The position numbers were made by a program, and so were the translations under genes. From positions 170,826 through 234,825 of the forward strand of contig CAXXGT010000007.1 of NCBI GenBank assembly GCA_963664045.2: a DNA stretch of 64,000 bases, written 5' to 3'. This DNA is from Paracoccaceae bacterium. Its GTDB lineage: Bacteria; Pseudomonadota; Alphaproteobacteria; Rhodobacterales; Rhodobacteraceae. The notes below the pieces were generated by a model. It was not told the origin of the DNA. It saw nothing but the letters and a program-made list of their open reading frames with translations, and made no database searches. Position 1 is the stretch's first letter, and every line of letters starts with the position of its first letter. Positions 28,446 to 38,900 of the stretch are shown in pieces.

Positions 28446-29522
28446 CTAACCTTTAACCACATGCAAGCGATTGGTGCTTTGTGACGGTGCAGGCGGTGTT
28501 GCGCTGGAAATGCCCCATACGAGTCCCTCCAGTTCATCAAGGGGAAGGTGTAATTCTCTTGCTATCTCGCGCTTGGTCACCCGCTCGGACCAAAGCTGTG
28601 AGAAGACCTTGGGCCAAACAGCCGATTTTTCGTGGTCAATGCCAACAGGCTCGTCAGAACGAAAGCCTCTCTGCCCCAATTTGATACACATGGACTTATA
28701 CTGCCATTCCGACAGAAGGCTCAGTGTACGTAAACGATAGGCAAGGGCCATTGCTGATACACGCCACCGTACCTTCGAATTCAAAATTGTTGAAACGGTT
28801 ATCAGTGGCGGCATTCTGGGGCGAACATCATCCTTGGGCATAAGAAATGCAGAGGCAAAGGCATTGGCCTCCCGTTCGGCCGCCCTGGCATCTCTCGTGC
28901 CTGCATGTTTATGCATGACGAGATGGCCAAGCTCGTGTGCAGCATCAAAAACACTATGCTCAGCAGTTTTAAAGTTATTCAGGAAAATAAATGGCGTATC
29001 GTTTTGCCAGAATGAAAAAGCATCAACCGATGCCGTATTCTCACTCAAGGAGAATATCCGAACTCCGTGAGCTTCGAGCATCCGGATCATGTGCCCGATT
29101 GGCTTGGCGCCCAGCGACCAGTGCTGACGCATGTGTCTTGCGGCCATTTCGGGGTCGGTTTCATGACTCAGGTCCAGAAGACGATTTTCCGGCAACGAAA
29201 ACCGTTCCTCTACCCAATTGCTGAGATAAAGCCCGAGCGATCCGGCAGCTATTGCGGCATCTCGTTCTTTTGCAGTCATCCTTGTGAGCCCGCGAAAGCT
29301 GGCAGTATCGGGTGTTACAACTTCGAGATCGTCCCCGAAAAAGAACGTTTCCGGATACCGGAGAACAGTAGCGAGTCTTAGTACAGTGCTTTCATCGGGC
29401 TGGTTTTCGCCCTTTTCCAACCGTGTAATTGTGAGCGCGACGACACCGGCAAGCTCAGCGAGTCGCTTATTCGTCAGCCGACGCCTTTTCCGGGCGAGGC
29501 TGAGCCTCTTGTGATTGAACAT
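28446..29522 (-). CDS. XRE-family HTH fused to ImmA/IrrE (M78) zinc metallopeptidase (RmrA-like)
   Basis: 358 aa with an N-terminal HTH (LTNKRLAELAGVVALTITRLEKGEN) and a HELGH metallopeptidase motif. Confidence 0.85.
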   Translation of the reverse strand: MFNHKRLSLARKRRRLTNKRLAELAGVVALTITRLEKGENQPDESTVLRLATVLRYPETFFFGDDLEVVTPDTASFRGLTRMTAKERDAAIAAGSLGLYLSNWVEERFSLPENRLLDLSHETDPEMAARHMRQHWSLGAKPIGHMIRMLEAHGVRIFSLSENTASVDAFSFWQNDTPFIFLNNFKTAEHSVFDAAHELGHLVMHKHAGTRDARAAEREANAFASAFLMPKDDVRPRMPPLITVSTILNSKVRWRVSAMALAYRLRTLSLLSEWQYKSMCIKLGQRGFRSDEPVGIDHEKSAVWPKVFSQLWSERVTKREIARELHLPLDELEGLVWGISSATPPAPSQSTNRLHVVKG

Positions 29523-29536
29523 TTTCAGCCTCGCGA

Positions 29537-30190
29537 TTACTTCCGCGAAACCTGCGGATCGAACTCCATTACGGGATCATCGTCATCAAGCGAAATGCGT
29601 TCGGGGTCGAATTCGGAACCGTTCGAGAGGTAAATGCGCTCGACAAACATTTTGAAAGTTTCCCCCTCAATGACTGGCTGTGAAAGTTCCGCCGCGCCAT
29701 TCTCGTCCACCATCAGATAGAACGTTGCCCATTCGTTGTCTTGACGAGGTACATACCTGGGTAGAACCAGGCCAGGAATCGTGTTGCACTTGCAGGCACG
29801 TTCAGCCCCGGCTCCTTTTCTTGAGCGTGGCTTGGGTTCATATTCGTCATTGCAGGCTAGATCGACGTTCGAATACGCAATCTTGATCTTCCGCATGTCA
29901 TTCTTGATCCCCTCGATTTGGTGATCACGATCAACAACCCAAATGTTTCCCACGAAAGCTTCACGGATTGCCCAAATGCCGGTCAGATAACGGAACATTC
30001 CTTCGGCATTCGCGGGGTGGAACGGTGTCACATCCGCACCCGCCGCAACAACTTTCCGTACAACATCGAGGAGCGGGGGCAATTCCAAGCCCATTTCATG
30101 AAGACGACGTGTTACATCCCACGGCTCAAGCCATATTTGCGTCTTGACGGTAGTCACTGCGTACCTCGTCGTGTTGATTTTCTTGACCAT
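29537..30190 (-). CDS. hypothetical protein (217 aa), candidate toxin partner of the XRE-ImmA protein
   Basis: Ends 15 nt upstream of the XRE-ImmA gene, between it and hsdS. No recognisable domain. Confidence 0.6.
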   Translation of the reverse strand: MVKKINTTRYAVTTVKTQIWLEPWDVTRRLHEMGLELPPLLDVVRKVVAAGADVTPFHPANAEGMFRYLTGIWAIREAFVGNIWVVDRDHQIEGIKNDMRKIKIAYSNVDLACNDEYEPKPRSRKGAGAERACKCNTIPGLVLPRYVPRQDNEWATFYLMVDENGAAELSQPVIEGETFKMFVERIYLSNGSEFDPERISLDDDDPVMEFDPQVSRK

Positions 30191-30239
30191 ACTGTAGGGC
30201 GGGGAAAATCAACACGCAAGGAAATTTTTCCCAGTGTTT

Positions 30240-32015
30240 TCAAACACTGGCTACTGCTCCAACTTTCACACCACCTTCATGGGCAGCCACTGGAGCGACA
30301 ACTGTTTGGAGAAGGGCATCGAGGAGGCATCGGCAGCTGGTGTCGGCTTGCGTTATCGCGTTCTCCAACTGATCGCAGAGAGCCATCAGTTCATCAACCT
30401 TGGCGACAATCCGGTGTTGCTCTGCGAGGGGTGGGAGACGAAATTTCAATGCCCGGAACTCAGTCAGGTTGATGTTTTTTAAACCAACGGTTGAACGTAT
30501 AGGGCGCTCAATCTGATCCCTCACCTCAGAAGAGTTTGTGGCCAGCCAGACATAGTCAGGATTTATCACTGAGGGATTAGTACGCATTCGAACGAGATAG
30601 CCTGCGAAAGACATTCCAACGGCTTCAGGCGGTACGACGGCAGTTCTCCCAACGATTTCAAGACTGCCATTTGAACGAATGAAAAGAAGGTCTCCCGCGA
30701 GCAAGCTCAGGTCGGTGACTGCAGATGGAGATAACAGTCCAAATTTGATGTCATCAAGCAAGACATGGCCGCCGGAGACGTTCGGAATCCGCAAGACAGG
30801 AACTCCCTGCTTCTCGTAGTCACATTTTACAGATGTGCCGTAGCGCATCGCAATCGCCACATCTCCGAGCCTTGTCCACGTCCAACCAAGAGAGATGTCT
30901 TCTTTGCCAGACCACTCCGCAGTATTCGGGATATTATTATTTTGCGTTTGTCTCCTTTCTTGCCTCGCCGCCGTCTCCACCGCGAGCCGCTTCAACAACT
31001 CCGACGCCGGCTCATCCGCTGGATCCTGCTCCACCAATCGCCCCCGCACGGCAAGGTTGAGAATAGTTTGGCGGAGTTGTTTGACCTGATCTGCACGAGC
31101 CGTCAGTGCAGGAAGAGCGTTAACTGCAAAAAGAGCGTAGGACCGAAAAGTCGCGGCATCCGTACCGGGTGCGCCGAGGCGGGCATAGCTGGCTTTGGTC
31201 AGCCGGTCGCGGGTATTCTCACGTGCGTTCCGAGCATTCTCCAACTGGTCGCAGAGAGCCACCAGTTCATCAACCTTGGCGACGATACGGTGCTGCTCGG
31301 CAAGAGGTGGGAGAGGAAGTGCAACTGTGTGCAGATCACCAAGATTAAGCTTGTTGGTGTGCGTTCCTCCTCCAACCTTTATCTTATCGAATTCCTTTTC
31401 CACCAATGGTGAATTGAGAACCATCCGAAGATATGGGGAATAGATGTTTTCCTCGTCAAAGCGAACTAACCCTACACTTACAAATAAGCTGAATTCCTCA
31501 TCGGTATCTACGAGCACTGCTTTCCCAAGCGTTCCAATACGCCCGAGAAGAATATCGCCTCGACGCGGGTCACATCTCTTGTAAAGCACTTTGTGCTCTG
31601 ATTGAGGAATAAAGCGTGTATCACTCAGATCCAAGAAACCTGCGCTAAAATCCTTAACACTCACAAAAGGCACGCCTTTATCGACATAGGTAGGGGTCTT
31701 GTGTGTTCCGTCCGTAATCTTGAGGGCAACAGCGCCGAGATTTGTAAGTTCCCAGCCACCCGGTGGCACAAATTTGAGGGAATTTTTCCGTGCGCGAGAT
31801 CTGACTTTTCGCAGTTTAATTGCTCCGGCATTCACTAGCTGTGTTTTCTTCGCTGAGATCCGCTTTAGCAGTTCTGCCGCCGGCTCATCCTCCGGATCCT
31901 GTTCCACCAATTCCCCGCGCATGGCGAGATCCAGCACGAAACGGCGCAATCGGGTGATGGCATCCGGTGCCTCGGCCACGCGATCGTAGAGGGCGAGAAG
32001 CTGCTCGGCGTTCAC
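30240..32015 (-). CDS. hsdS: type I restriction-modification specificity subunit HsdS
   Basis: 591 aa with two target-recognition domains separated by duplicated conserved regions (PPLAEQHRIVAKVDEL.ALCDQLE x2). 4-nt overlap with hsdM. Confidence 0.92.
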   Translation of the reverse strand: MNAEQLLALYDRVAEAPDAITRLRRFVLDLAMRGELVEQDPEDEPAAELLKRISAKKTQLVNAGAIKLRKVRSRARKNSLKFVPPGGWELTNLGAVALKITDGTHKTPTYVDKGVPFVSVKDFSAGFLDLSDTRFIPQSEHKVLYKRCDPRRGDILLGRIGTLGKAVLVDTDEEFSLFVSVGLVRFDEENIYSPYLRMVLNSPLVEKEFDKIKVGGGTHTNKLNLGDLHTVALPLPPLAEQHRIVAKVDELVALCDQLENARNARENTRDRLTKASYARLGAPGTDAATFRSYALFAVNALPALTARADQVKQLRQTILNLAVRGRLVEQDPADEPASELLKRLAVETAARQERRQTQNNNIPNTAEWSGKEDISLGWTWTRLGDVAIAMRYGTSVKCDYEKQGVPVLRIPNVSGGHVLLDDIKFGLLSPSAVTDLSLLAGDLLFIRSNGSLEIVGRTAVVPPEAVGMSFAGYLVRMRTNPSVINPDYVWLATNSSEVRDQIERPIRSTVGLKNINLTEFRALKFRLPPLAEQHRIVAKVDELMALCDQLENAITQADTSCRCLLDALLQTVVAPVAAHEGGVKVGAVASV

Positions 32016-33463
32016 CGCACCAGTGCCTCGGCCAGGATTTCTTTTAACTGATTGCGCACCGATGCCACCTCTGCTTCGGCACTGGTAAGTTCCTCGAGAA
32101 GTACCTCAGGGTCGCCGAAGTCCTCCTCTTCCGTATGCGGATTCTTGATGTCGAGGTTATAATTGCGTGCCTTGATCTCCTCGGCACTCACTCTCCAGGC
32201 GAGAGCATCGTCCTCGCGACCAGCGCGCTCCAGTCCTCCCCACCAAGCAGCACAATCGTCCAGATGCTCCAACTTGATAGGTTTGGTCATTGAATAGGCC
32301 TTCTGCCCTTCCGGCACGAGGTGTTCCCAGAACCAGATATCCTTCGTCGGCTCACCCTTTTCGAAGAACAAAAGGTTCGTGCCGATTGAGGCGTATGGAC
32401 GGAAAACAGAGTTCGGCAGACGCACGATGGTGTGGAGATTGCATACTTCCATCAAGTGTTCCTTGAGCCGGGTCTTGACGCCCTCGCCGAACAAGGACCC
32501 GTCGGGAAGAACCACGGCAGCTCGTCCGCCAGGTTTGAGAAGCCGGATGATCAAGGCGAGGAAGAGGTCCGCCGTCTCGCGTGTGCGGAAATGCTGGGGA
32601 AAATTGGACTCTATGCCGTCTTCCTCCTTTCCGCCGAAGGGTGGATTGGTGAGCACGATGTCCACGCGGTCGTTTTGGCCCCAGGAGACGTAGGGGCGTG
32701 CCAGCGTGTTGTCGTGTCGCAGGAAGGACGGATCCTCGATACCGTGTAGCAGCATGTTGGTGACAGCGAGCATGTGGGGGAGTGGTTTCTTCTCCACCGC
32801 ACGAAGAGAGACTTGCATTCTGGTCTCGTCTTCGGGTCGTTTCACGTAGTGCTCGCGCATATGGCGCATGGCGCAAGTGAGGAAACCTCCGGTGCCACAA
32901 GCCGGATCAAGAAGTGTCTCGCCCGGCTTCGGGTCGATCATCTGGGCCATGAAGGAAGTTACGGCACGTGGTGTATAGTATTCACCTGCATTGCCGGCGG
33001 ATTGCAGGTCGTTCAGGATCTGCTCGTAGATATCACCGAAGTGCTGCCTCTCAGCCAGGTTGTTGAAGTCGATGCCGTTGATCCTGTTGACGACCTGTCG
33101 CATCAGTTGGCCGGATTTCATGTAGTTGTGGGCATCCTCGAACACGTCGCGTACGACGTTGGCGCGTGGACCAGTTCTGGCCGGCAGTTCCTTCAGTTTT
33201 GGAAACAAATCGTCGTTGACGAAGGTGAGCAACTCCTCCCCGGTAATGCCTTCCGGATCGGCGGCCCAGTTCCGCCATTTCAGGTGCTCTGGAATGGGCG
33301 AACGGTACCCGTCCTTGAAGAGCTCAAGTTCCCGGTCCTGGTCATCGATGATCTTGAGGAAAAGCATCCAGCACAGCTGGCTGATGCGCTGCGCATCGCC
33401 ATCGACGCCGACGTCTTTCCACATGATGTCCTGAACAGACTTGATGAGGGTACGAACAGACAT
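32012..33463 (-). CDS. hsdM: type I R-M N6-adenine DNA methyltransferase HsdM
   Basis: 483 aa with an HsdM N-terminal domain, the SAM motif DPACGTGGF and NPPFG. Confidence 0.95.
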   Translation of the reverse strand: MSVRTLIKSVQDIMWKDVGVDGDAQRISQLCWMLFLKIIDDQDRELELFKDGYRSPIPEHLKWRNWAADPEGITGEELLTFVNDDLFPKLKELPARTGPRANVVRDVFEDAHNYMKSGQLMRQVVNRINGIDFNNLAERQHFGDIYEQILNDLQSAGNAGEYYTPRAVTSFMAQMIDPKPGETLLDPACGTGGFLTCAMRHMREHYVKRPEDETRMQVSLRAVEKKPLPHMLAVTNMLLHGIEDPSFLRHDNTLARPYVSWGQNDRVDIVLTNPPFGGKEEDGIESNFPQHFRTRETADLFLALIIRLLKPGGRAAVVLPDGSLFGEGVKTRLKEHLMEVCNLHTIVRLPNSVFRPYASIGTNLLFFEKGEPTKDIWFWEHLVPEGQKAYSMTKPIKLEHLDDCAAWWGGLERAGREDDALAWRVSAEEIKARNYNLDIKNPHTEEEDFGDPEVLLEELTSAEAEVASVRNQLKEILAEALVR

Positions 33464-33466
33464 TCT

Positions 33467-35878
33467 TCAGGCGACATCCTTGTAAAGAGCGGATTGCAGA
33501 TCGTGTACGGCGCGCTCGTAACTAGGCTTTCCGCCGAAGGCACGAACCAGTTCAAGCGGTGTACCCAGCGTGTTGATTGGTGGAATCCTGAGCACGTTGG
33601 CGTCGTCGAGGTTGAGAACGCCCTCGTCGGCGTATTTGTCGAGAAGTGCCCCAAGCACGGCGCGAGCACGGTCTCCGTATTTCGTAAACACGTCGTGCTT
33701 TTTCACGTTCTCGGCCCGCTCGCGGCGGGTCAGCGGCTTGGCATCGAATGCAACATGACAAACGAGATCGAAGGGATCGAGATCCTTGCCCAGTTCTTCG
33801 ACGATTACGGTCAACGGAAGGCCCTCGGCCGCCATTTCCTCGACAATCACCTGTTTGCGCTCTGTGGTGTTCCAACGCCTCAGGAAGTCGTCGAGGCTTG
33901 CGAAGCGTTTGCGCAAAGCCTTCCGGGTGAAATCGCGTAGTGACTCGGTGACAAGCTTGCCGTGCTCGTCGAGGTATTCCACCCGCTCGGCGACGATAAC
34001 CGCGGCTATGCCGTCGACGTAGACTTTCTTTTGCGGCCCGTCCCCGGGTGCTGGTGGAAAGTCTTCCTCATCGACAATGATTTCGTTCTCGCCAGGGTCA
34101 TCGGGCAATGGGTCGCCATCCTCATCGACTGGGGATATTTCGGGCGGATCGATGGGATCATTATCCCCGGGCTCGTAAATCTGCACTGGCTCGCCATCGA
34201 ATTCCGGGTCCGCGAAATGACTGGTGGCGCCCCGGAAATCGATGAGCGTGAAATAGAACTTCCGCGTATCCTCGTGCACGCGGGTGCCGCGCCCGACGAT
34301 CTGCTTGAACTCGGTCATCGACCCGACCTCGCGGTCGAGCACGATCAGCCGGCAGGTCTGCACATCGACGCCGGTGGAGAGCAGGCGCGACGTGGTGACC
34401 AGGACAGGATATTTCGATTCCGGATCGATGAAGTTGTCGAGCTCGCCCTGCCCCTCTGCATCGCTACCCGTAATGCGCATGACATAGCGGTGGTTCCCGT
34501 CCACAAGGTCGGCGTTCTCATTGATCAGTGCCTGGCGCATCCGTGCTGCATGTTCCTGGTCAACGCAAAAGACGATGGCCTTCTGAAAGCGATCGCCGCT
34601 CTCCTTCAGGAAAGCCGTGACCTTCTGCGCCACCAGTTTCGTCCGCCCGTCGATGACCAGCGTACGGTCGAAGTCCCTGGTGTTGTAGATGCGGTCCTCG
34701 ACCTCTTCGCCATCGCGGTCGAGCTGGCCCTTTTCGGGACGGTAGCCTTCCACGTCGCGGTCGATATGAACCTTGACCACCTTGTAGGGAGCCAGGAAAC
34801 CATCGCGGATGCCTTCCTTGAGGGAGTAGGAGAACACTGGTTCCCCAAAATAGGCTATATTGGAAACATACTTTGTTTCCTTCGGCGTGGCGGTAAGACC
34901 GATCTGGGTCGCGGAGGAGAAGTACTCGAGGATTTCGCGCCAAGTTGAATCCTCAGCGGCACTGCCCCGGTGGCATTCGTCAATCACGATCAGGTCGAAA
35001 AAGCCGGGAGAAAACTCACGGTAGATTTTCTGATGGTCCTCAGGGCCAGTGATCGCCTGGTAGAGGCCCAGGTAGATTTCATAGGCAGGATCGACGCGGT
35101 AGACGCCGCCCTTACGTTCAATGGTCCCGGCATTCGTGGACAGCTTGGCCATCACTCCGCCGAAGGGACGAAAATCGTTCACCATGGTCTGGTCGACCAA
35201 AACGTTGCGGTCGGCGAGAAACAGGATGCGCTTCTTCTGTCCTGCCCTCCACAGCCGCCAGATAATCTGGAAAGCGGTGTAGGTCTTGCCCGTGCCCGTG
35301 GCCATGACGAGCAGGATGCGATCCTGTCCCTTGGCGATGGCCTCGACCGCGGCATTGATGGCATTGACCTGGTAGTAGCGTGGAGCCTTTCCGCTGCCGT
35401 CCTCATGATAGTCCTGAAGGACAATCTTCTCGGCTTCCGGTGTCAGGCCTTTCCAGGCGCGATAGCGTTCCCACAACGCGGTGGGGGACGGAAATGCATC
35501 GAGACCGAGGTTTGCCTCTCGTGGTGTGTTCGCACCGGTGCGGTCGTGAAAAACGAAGCCATCGCCGTTGGAGGAAAACACGAAGGGAATGCTCAATGTC
35601 TCGGCGTAGCCGAGCGCCTGCTGCATTCCGTCGCCAACGCTGTGGGAATTGTCCTTTGCCTCGATGATCGCAATGGGAACATTCGGCTTGTAATAGAGGA
35701 TGTAGTCGGCGCGCTTGGCTTGCCCGCGCGTGACCAGCTTGCCGCGTACGATGATGCGGCCCCTGGTGAAGCTCACCTCTTCGCGGATTTGCAACATTTC
35801 GTCCCACCCCGCCCGGCGCAGGGCGGGCGTGATGAACTTGGTGCAGATGTCGCGTTCCGAGAGGCCTTGCTTGTCCAT
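33467..35878 (-). CDS. hsdR: type I restriction endonuclease subunit HsdR
   Basis: 803 aa with an N-terminal nuclease-type domain and helicase motifs ATGTGKT and VIDECHRGSA. Confidence 0.95.
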   Translation of the reverse strand: MDKQGLSERDICTKFITPALRRAGWDEMLQIREEVSFTRGRIIVRGKLVTRGQAKRADYILYYKPNVPIAIIEAKDNSHSVGDGMQQALGYAETLSIPFVFSSNGDGFVFHDRTGANTPREANLGLDAFPSPTALWERYRAWKGLTPEAEKIVLQDYHEDGSGKAPRYYQVNAINAAVEAIAKGQDRILLVMATGTGKTYTAFQIIWRLWRAGQKKRILFLADRNVLVDQTMVNDFRPFGGVMAKLSTNAGTIERKGGVYRVDPAYEIYLGLYQAITGPEDHQKIYREFSPGFFDLIVIDECHRGSAAEDSTWREILEYFSSATQIGLTATPKETKYVSNIAYFGEPVFSYSLKEGIRDGFLAPYKVVKVHIDRDVEGYRPEKGQLDRDGEEVEDRIYNTRDFDRTLVIDGRTKLVAQKVTAFLKESGDRFQKAIVFCVDQEHAARMRQALINENADLVDGNHRYVMRITGSDAEGQGELDNFIDPESKYPVLVTTSRLLSTGVDVQTCRLIVLDREVGSMTEFKQIVGRGTRVHEDTRKFYFTLIDFRGATSHFADPEFDGEPVQIYEPGDNDPIDPPEISPVDEDGDPLPDDPGENEIIVDEEDFPPAPGDGPQKKVYVDGIAAVIVAERVEYLDEHGKLVTESLRDFTRKALRKRFASLDDFLRRWNTTERKQVIVEEMAAEGLPLTVIVEELGKDLDPFDLVCHVAFDAKPLTRRERAENVKKHDVFTKYGDRARAVLGALLDKYADEGVLNLDDANVLRIPPINTLGTPLELVRAFGGKPSYERAVHDLQSALYKDVA

Positions 35879-36628
35879 GCGGTCAGGACTCTCTCGCTTC
35901 GTTCCTACTCATGCCTTTTTTCCTTCGCAGGCGATCTGCTGCGGGGCCTGTCTGGCTCCAACGGTCATCCGTAGTATTCCCCGCCTTCCGGCACAACGGC
36001 AACTGCCGCTGTGTCTTGAGTCGCAATAGAAATATGGCAAACGCCGCCGGTCTCAACCCCTTTCCGTCAAACGGCCGTTTGGCGGACAGGGGGACGGCCT
36101 AGTAATTCACGCCGGAGAACACCGATCCAGCGAGAAGCGCTCCAATGATTCGCAAAGTTCACGGGTTATGGCTTATTTCCCTCCGGATCGGCGGGACGAA
36201 TGTAATCCAAAGGAAACCGTTTGAACAATCAATGACGGGTTACTGTTGCCAGTCGATGTGCCCTTGCATGCACATGTGAAGAGCGAATTTATTGATTCTC
36301 CAGATGCGGTTGTGGTGAGTTTCCTTTGCGCAGATTTTGGAAAAAAATTACGGTGGAACGCAGGCACTCTCATTGGGGGGTTCGCGGCTTTCATTGCGCT
36401 GCTCGGTTTGCTGTTAGGAGATAACATAATTGGTCGAATTTGGCCGCCAGACACACCTAGTGATGACCGTAACAACAGCGCCACTTATGAAAATGCATCA
36501 GAAAAGCCTATATGGGGTCGATTCCGGTACGGGGCGAAATGACACTCCAAGCATTTTGTCTTCGCCTCTCGTTACATTCACGGTCGATTGTCCGCGCATT
36601 TGATTCTGAGCGCAGTGAGAATGCACAT

Positions 36629-37233
36629 TTATCCGGCTTGCCTGTGCCGTTTTACGACGTCGAGGACGGTATTCTTGCTGATTCCGAGGTCACGGGCGAT
36701 CCAACGGTAACTTCGTCCCTCGCTGACGGCCTGAAGGACCTTCGGTGCGAGCTTGTCTGATTTTGGCCGCTGTCCTGGTTGGCGGCCAAGCTTCTTCCCC
36801 CGCGCCTTCGCTGCGGCCAGCCCCGATTTCACGCGCTCGCTGATCAGGTCGCGCTCGAATTGAGCGATCCCTGCCAGCATTGTGGCCATCATCCGGCCGT
36901 GTGGCGTATCGGGTTCGAAGGTCATGCCGTTCATTGCGACGCCCGAGACCTTCCATCCTGCCAGTCGGTGCAGCGTGGCGAGCAGATCCTGTGTCGATCG
37001 CCCCCATCGTGAAAGCTCGGAGACAAGGACGGCATCGATCTGTCGCGTCTGTGCGAGATCCATCACCTGGTTGCGAGCGGCACGATTGGCAGATGCCCCT
37101 GACGCGGTTTCCCTGAATATCCCCGTTACGTCATAACCGCATCGCTCGGCGAAAGGGTCAATTCCGAGACCTGGCGCTCACAGGACTGGTCCGCGGTGGA
37201 AACCCTGGCATAGATGGCCGTCTGCCGTCCCAA
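36629..37233 (-). pseudogene. serine recombinase (resolvase/invertase family), frameshifted
   Basis: TTG start after a GAGGAGG RBS. The N-terminus AIYARVSTADQSCERQVSEL is in one frame. FAERCGYDVTGIF...LVSELSRWGRS...GIAQFERDLISERV and the C-terminal HTH are in another. The shift lies near 37151-37164. Confidence 0.7.
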
Positions 37234-37262
37234 TTGAACCTCCTCGGATTTCTGCCTTGCAA

Positions 37263-37298
37263 GTCATTGTTTTACATGACCCGGGATCCGTACCAAAC
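37263..37298 (+). repeat. R2B left part (target sequence left of the IS110-family insertion)
   Basis: gtcattgttttacatgacccgggatccgtaccaaac matches 22726-22761. Confidence 0.75.
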
Positions 37299-37646
37299 GG
37301 TCATGATCGGTTTTTTTGCTCACCCCGCTTTGGCATGTAACTGAGTGACGGCTTTACCGCTGGTTCCGCCTGCCGGTTCCGGGACCGGTTGTGAGGCTGG
37401 GCTTTCCCTGTTCCGCCGGTTGTGACAATTGATCGGGTGCGGAAGTGGGCATGAGGACGCTTTTTTTGTGCGGCCTTATGAGCCCGTTTCCAAACTGTCC
37501 CAAGTCAACGGCTTCGCACCCCGCCATGTATCCGGTCAATCCGAGAACGCACAGCAAAATGCACCGCAGTCCACACAGGATCTGCGAGTCAGCTATCCGT
37601 CGACCCGCCCACTTCCGCGTATGTTCCACCCGAAGGAGGAAGTTCC
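37299..37646 (+). ncRNA. candidate bridge-RNA-encoding non-coding left end of the IS110-family element
   Basis: 348-nt non-coding leader. It contains CCGTTTCCAAAC (compare target CCGTACCAAAC) and CACAGCAAA (identical to the IS right terminus 39080-39088). Confidence 0.3.
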
Positions 37647-38900
37647 ATGATAGCGACAGACACGCTCCATGTCATCCACCCGTGCGCCGCCGGCATTGAC
37701 GTGCACAAGATGCAGGTCACGGCGACGGTGCGGATTGCCCGGGCAAATGCGGATGCGCAGATCCACAACAAGGAGTTCAGCGCCCTTCCGTGCGGGCTTG
37801 CCGCCCTTGCCGACTGGCTCCGCGCGCACGGTGTGACGGCGGCGGCGATGGAAGGCACGGGCGTCTACTGGGAGACGGTTTTCGACACCGTCGCCGAGGC
37901 CGGCATCACACCCCTGCTGCTCCATGCCCAGCACGTCAAGCAGATCAAGGGGCGCAAGACCGACATTGCCGACAGCGTCTGGCTGGCCCGGGTCTGCCAG
38001 TTCGGCCTCTGCAATCCGAGCCTGGTGCCGCCGAAAGCGTTCCGCGCGTTGCGCCGGGTCGCACGGGCGCGCAGGAAGATCGTCGCCGAGCGGACCCGGA
38101 CGCGCAACCGCGTTCACAAGATCGTCGACAGCGCCGGCATCCGTGTCGGCGGCGTCCTCTCCGACCTCTTCGGGGTCAACGGACGGCGCATCCTCGACGG
38201 GCTGGTTGCGGGCAAGGAACGCGCCGAGATCATGGCCGCGCTCTCCGGCCATGTCCGCAGGCATCTCGCGACACTCAACGATGCCCTCGAAAGCAAGCTT
38301 TCAGAGGCCGACCGGTTCCTGTTGCGTGACCAGGTCCGCCTCTTCGACCAGGCCGGTGAGCGGCTCGCCGAATACGACGCCGTCATCGACAGGGGCCTCG
38401 CCGAACACCAGGTGGCCATCAGGTTGCTGACCACCATACCCGGCATCGACCATCGCGCCGCATCGGCAATCATCATCGAGCTCGGCCCCGACATCTCCGT
38501 CTTCCCGTCGGAACGTCACTGCGCCGCCTGGGCCGGGCTCGCTCCCGGCAACAACGAGAGCGCCGGAAAACGACGCTCGGGACGCGTCCGCAGGGGCAAT
38601 CAGGCGCTGCGCACCCTCCTCATCGAGTGCGCACAGGCCGCCGCCCGAAGCAACCACTGTCAGTTCAAGGGATATCACAAGGCGCTCACCGTGCGCCGTG
38701 GCTACAAGCGGGCCACCGTCGCCACCGCGCACAAGCTGTTGCGCGTCATCTACCACATGCTCACGACAGGGGAATTCTATCGGGATCGCGAAACCGACTA
38801 CGAGGCACTGATGGTCATGCGCAACGCGCCGCGCTGGTTCAAAATGCTGCGAAAGCACGGCTTCATGACCAGGGGCGAGGCACAACCAGCGGCATCCTGA
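37647..38900 (+). CDS. IS110-family transposase (DEDD/RuvC-like N-terminus plus Tnp_20 C-terminus)
   Basis: 417 aa: AAGIDVHKMQV...MEGTGVYWE... then IPGIDHRAASAIIIELGPDISVFPSERHCAAWAGLAPGNNESAGK. Confidence 0.92.
   Translation: MIATDTLHVIHPCAAGIDVHKMQVTATVRIARANADAQIHNKEFSALPCGLAALADWLRAHGVTAAAMEGTGVYWETVFDTVAEAGITPLLLHAQHVKQIKGRKTDIADSVWLARVCQFGLCNPSLVPPKAFRALRRVARARRKIVAERTRTRNRVHKIVDSAGIRVGGVLSDLFGVNGRRILDGLVAGKERAEIMAALSGHVRRHLATLNDALESKLSEADRFLLRDQVRLFDQAGERLAEYDAVIDRGLAEHQVAIRLLTTIPGIDHRAASAIIIELGPDISVFPSERHCAAWAGLAPGNNESAGKRRSGRVRRGNQALRTLLIECAQAAARSNHCQFKGYHKALTVRRGYKRATVATAHKLLRVIYHMLTTGEFYRDRETDYEALMVMRNAPRWFKMLRKHGFMTRGEAQPAAS

Noticed and set aside
30330-31310. ~75-bp direct repeats inside hsdS as a phase-variation or shufflon signal.
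   Set aside because: They encode the two conserved regions normally duplicated in HsdS (PPLAEQHRIVAKVDEL.ALCDQLE). No invertase or alternative hsdS cassettes lie adjacent.
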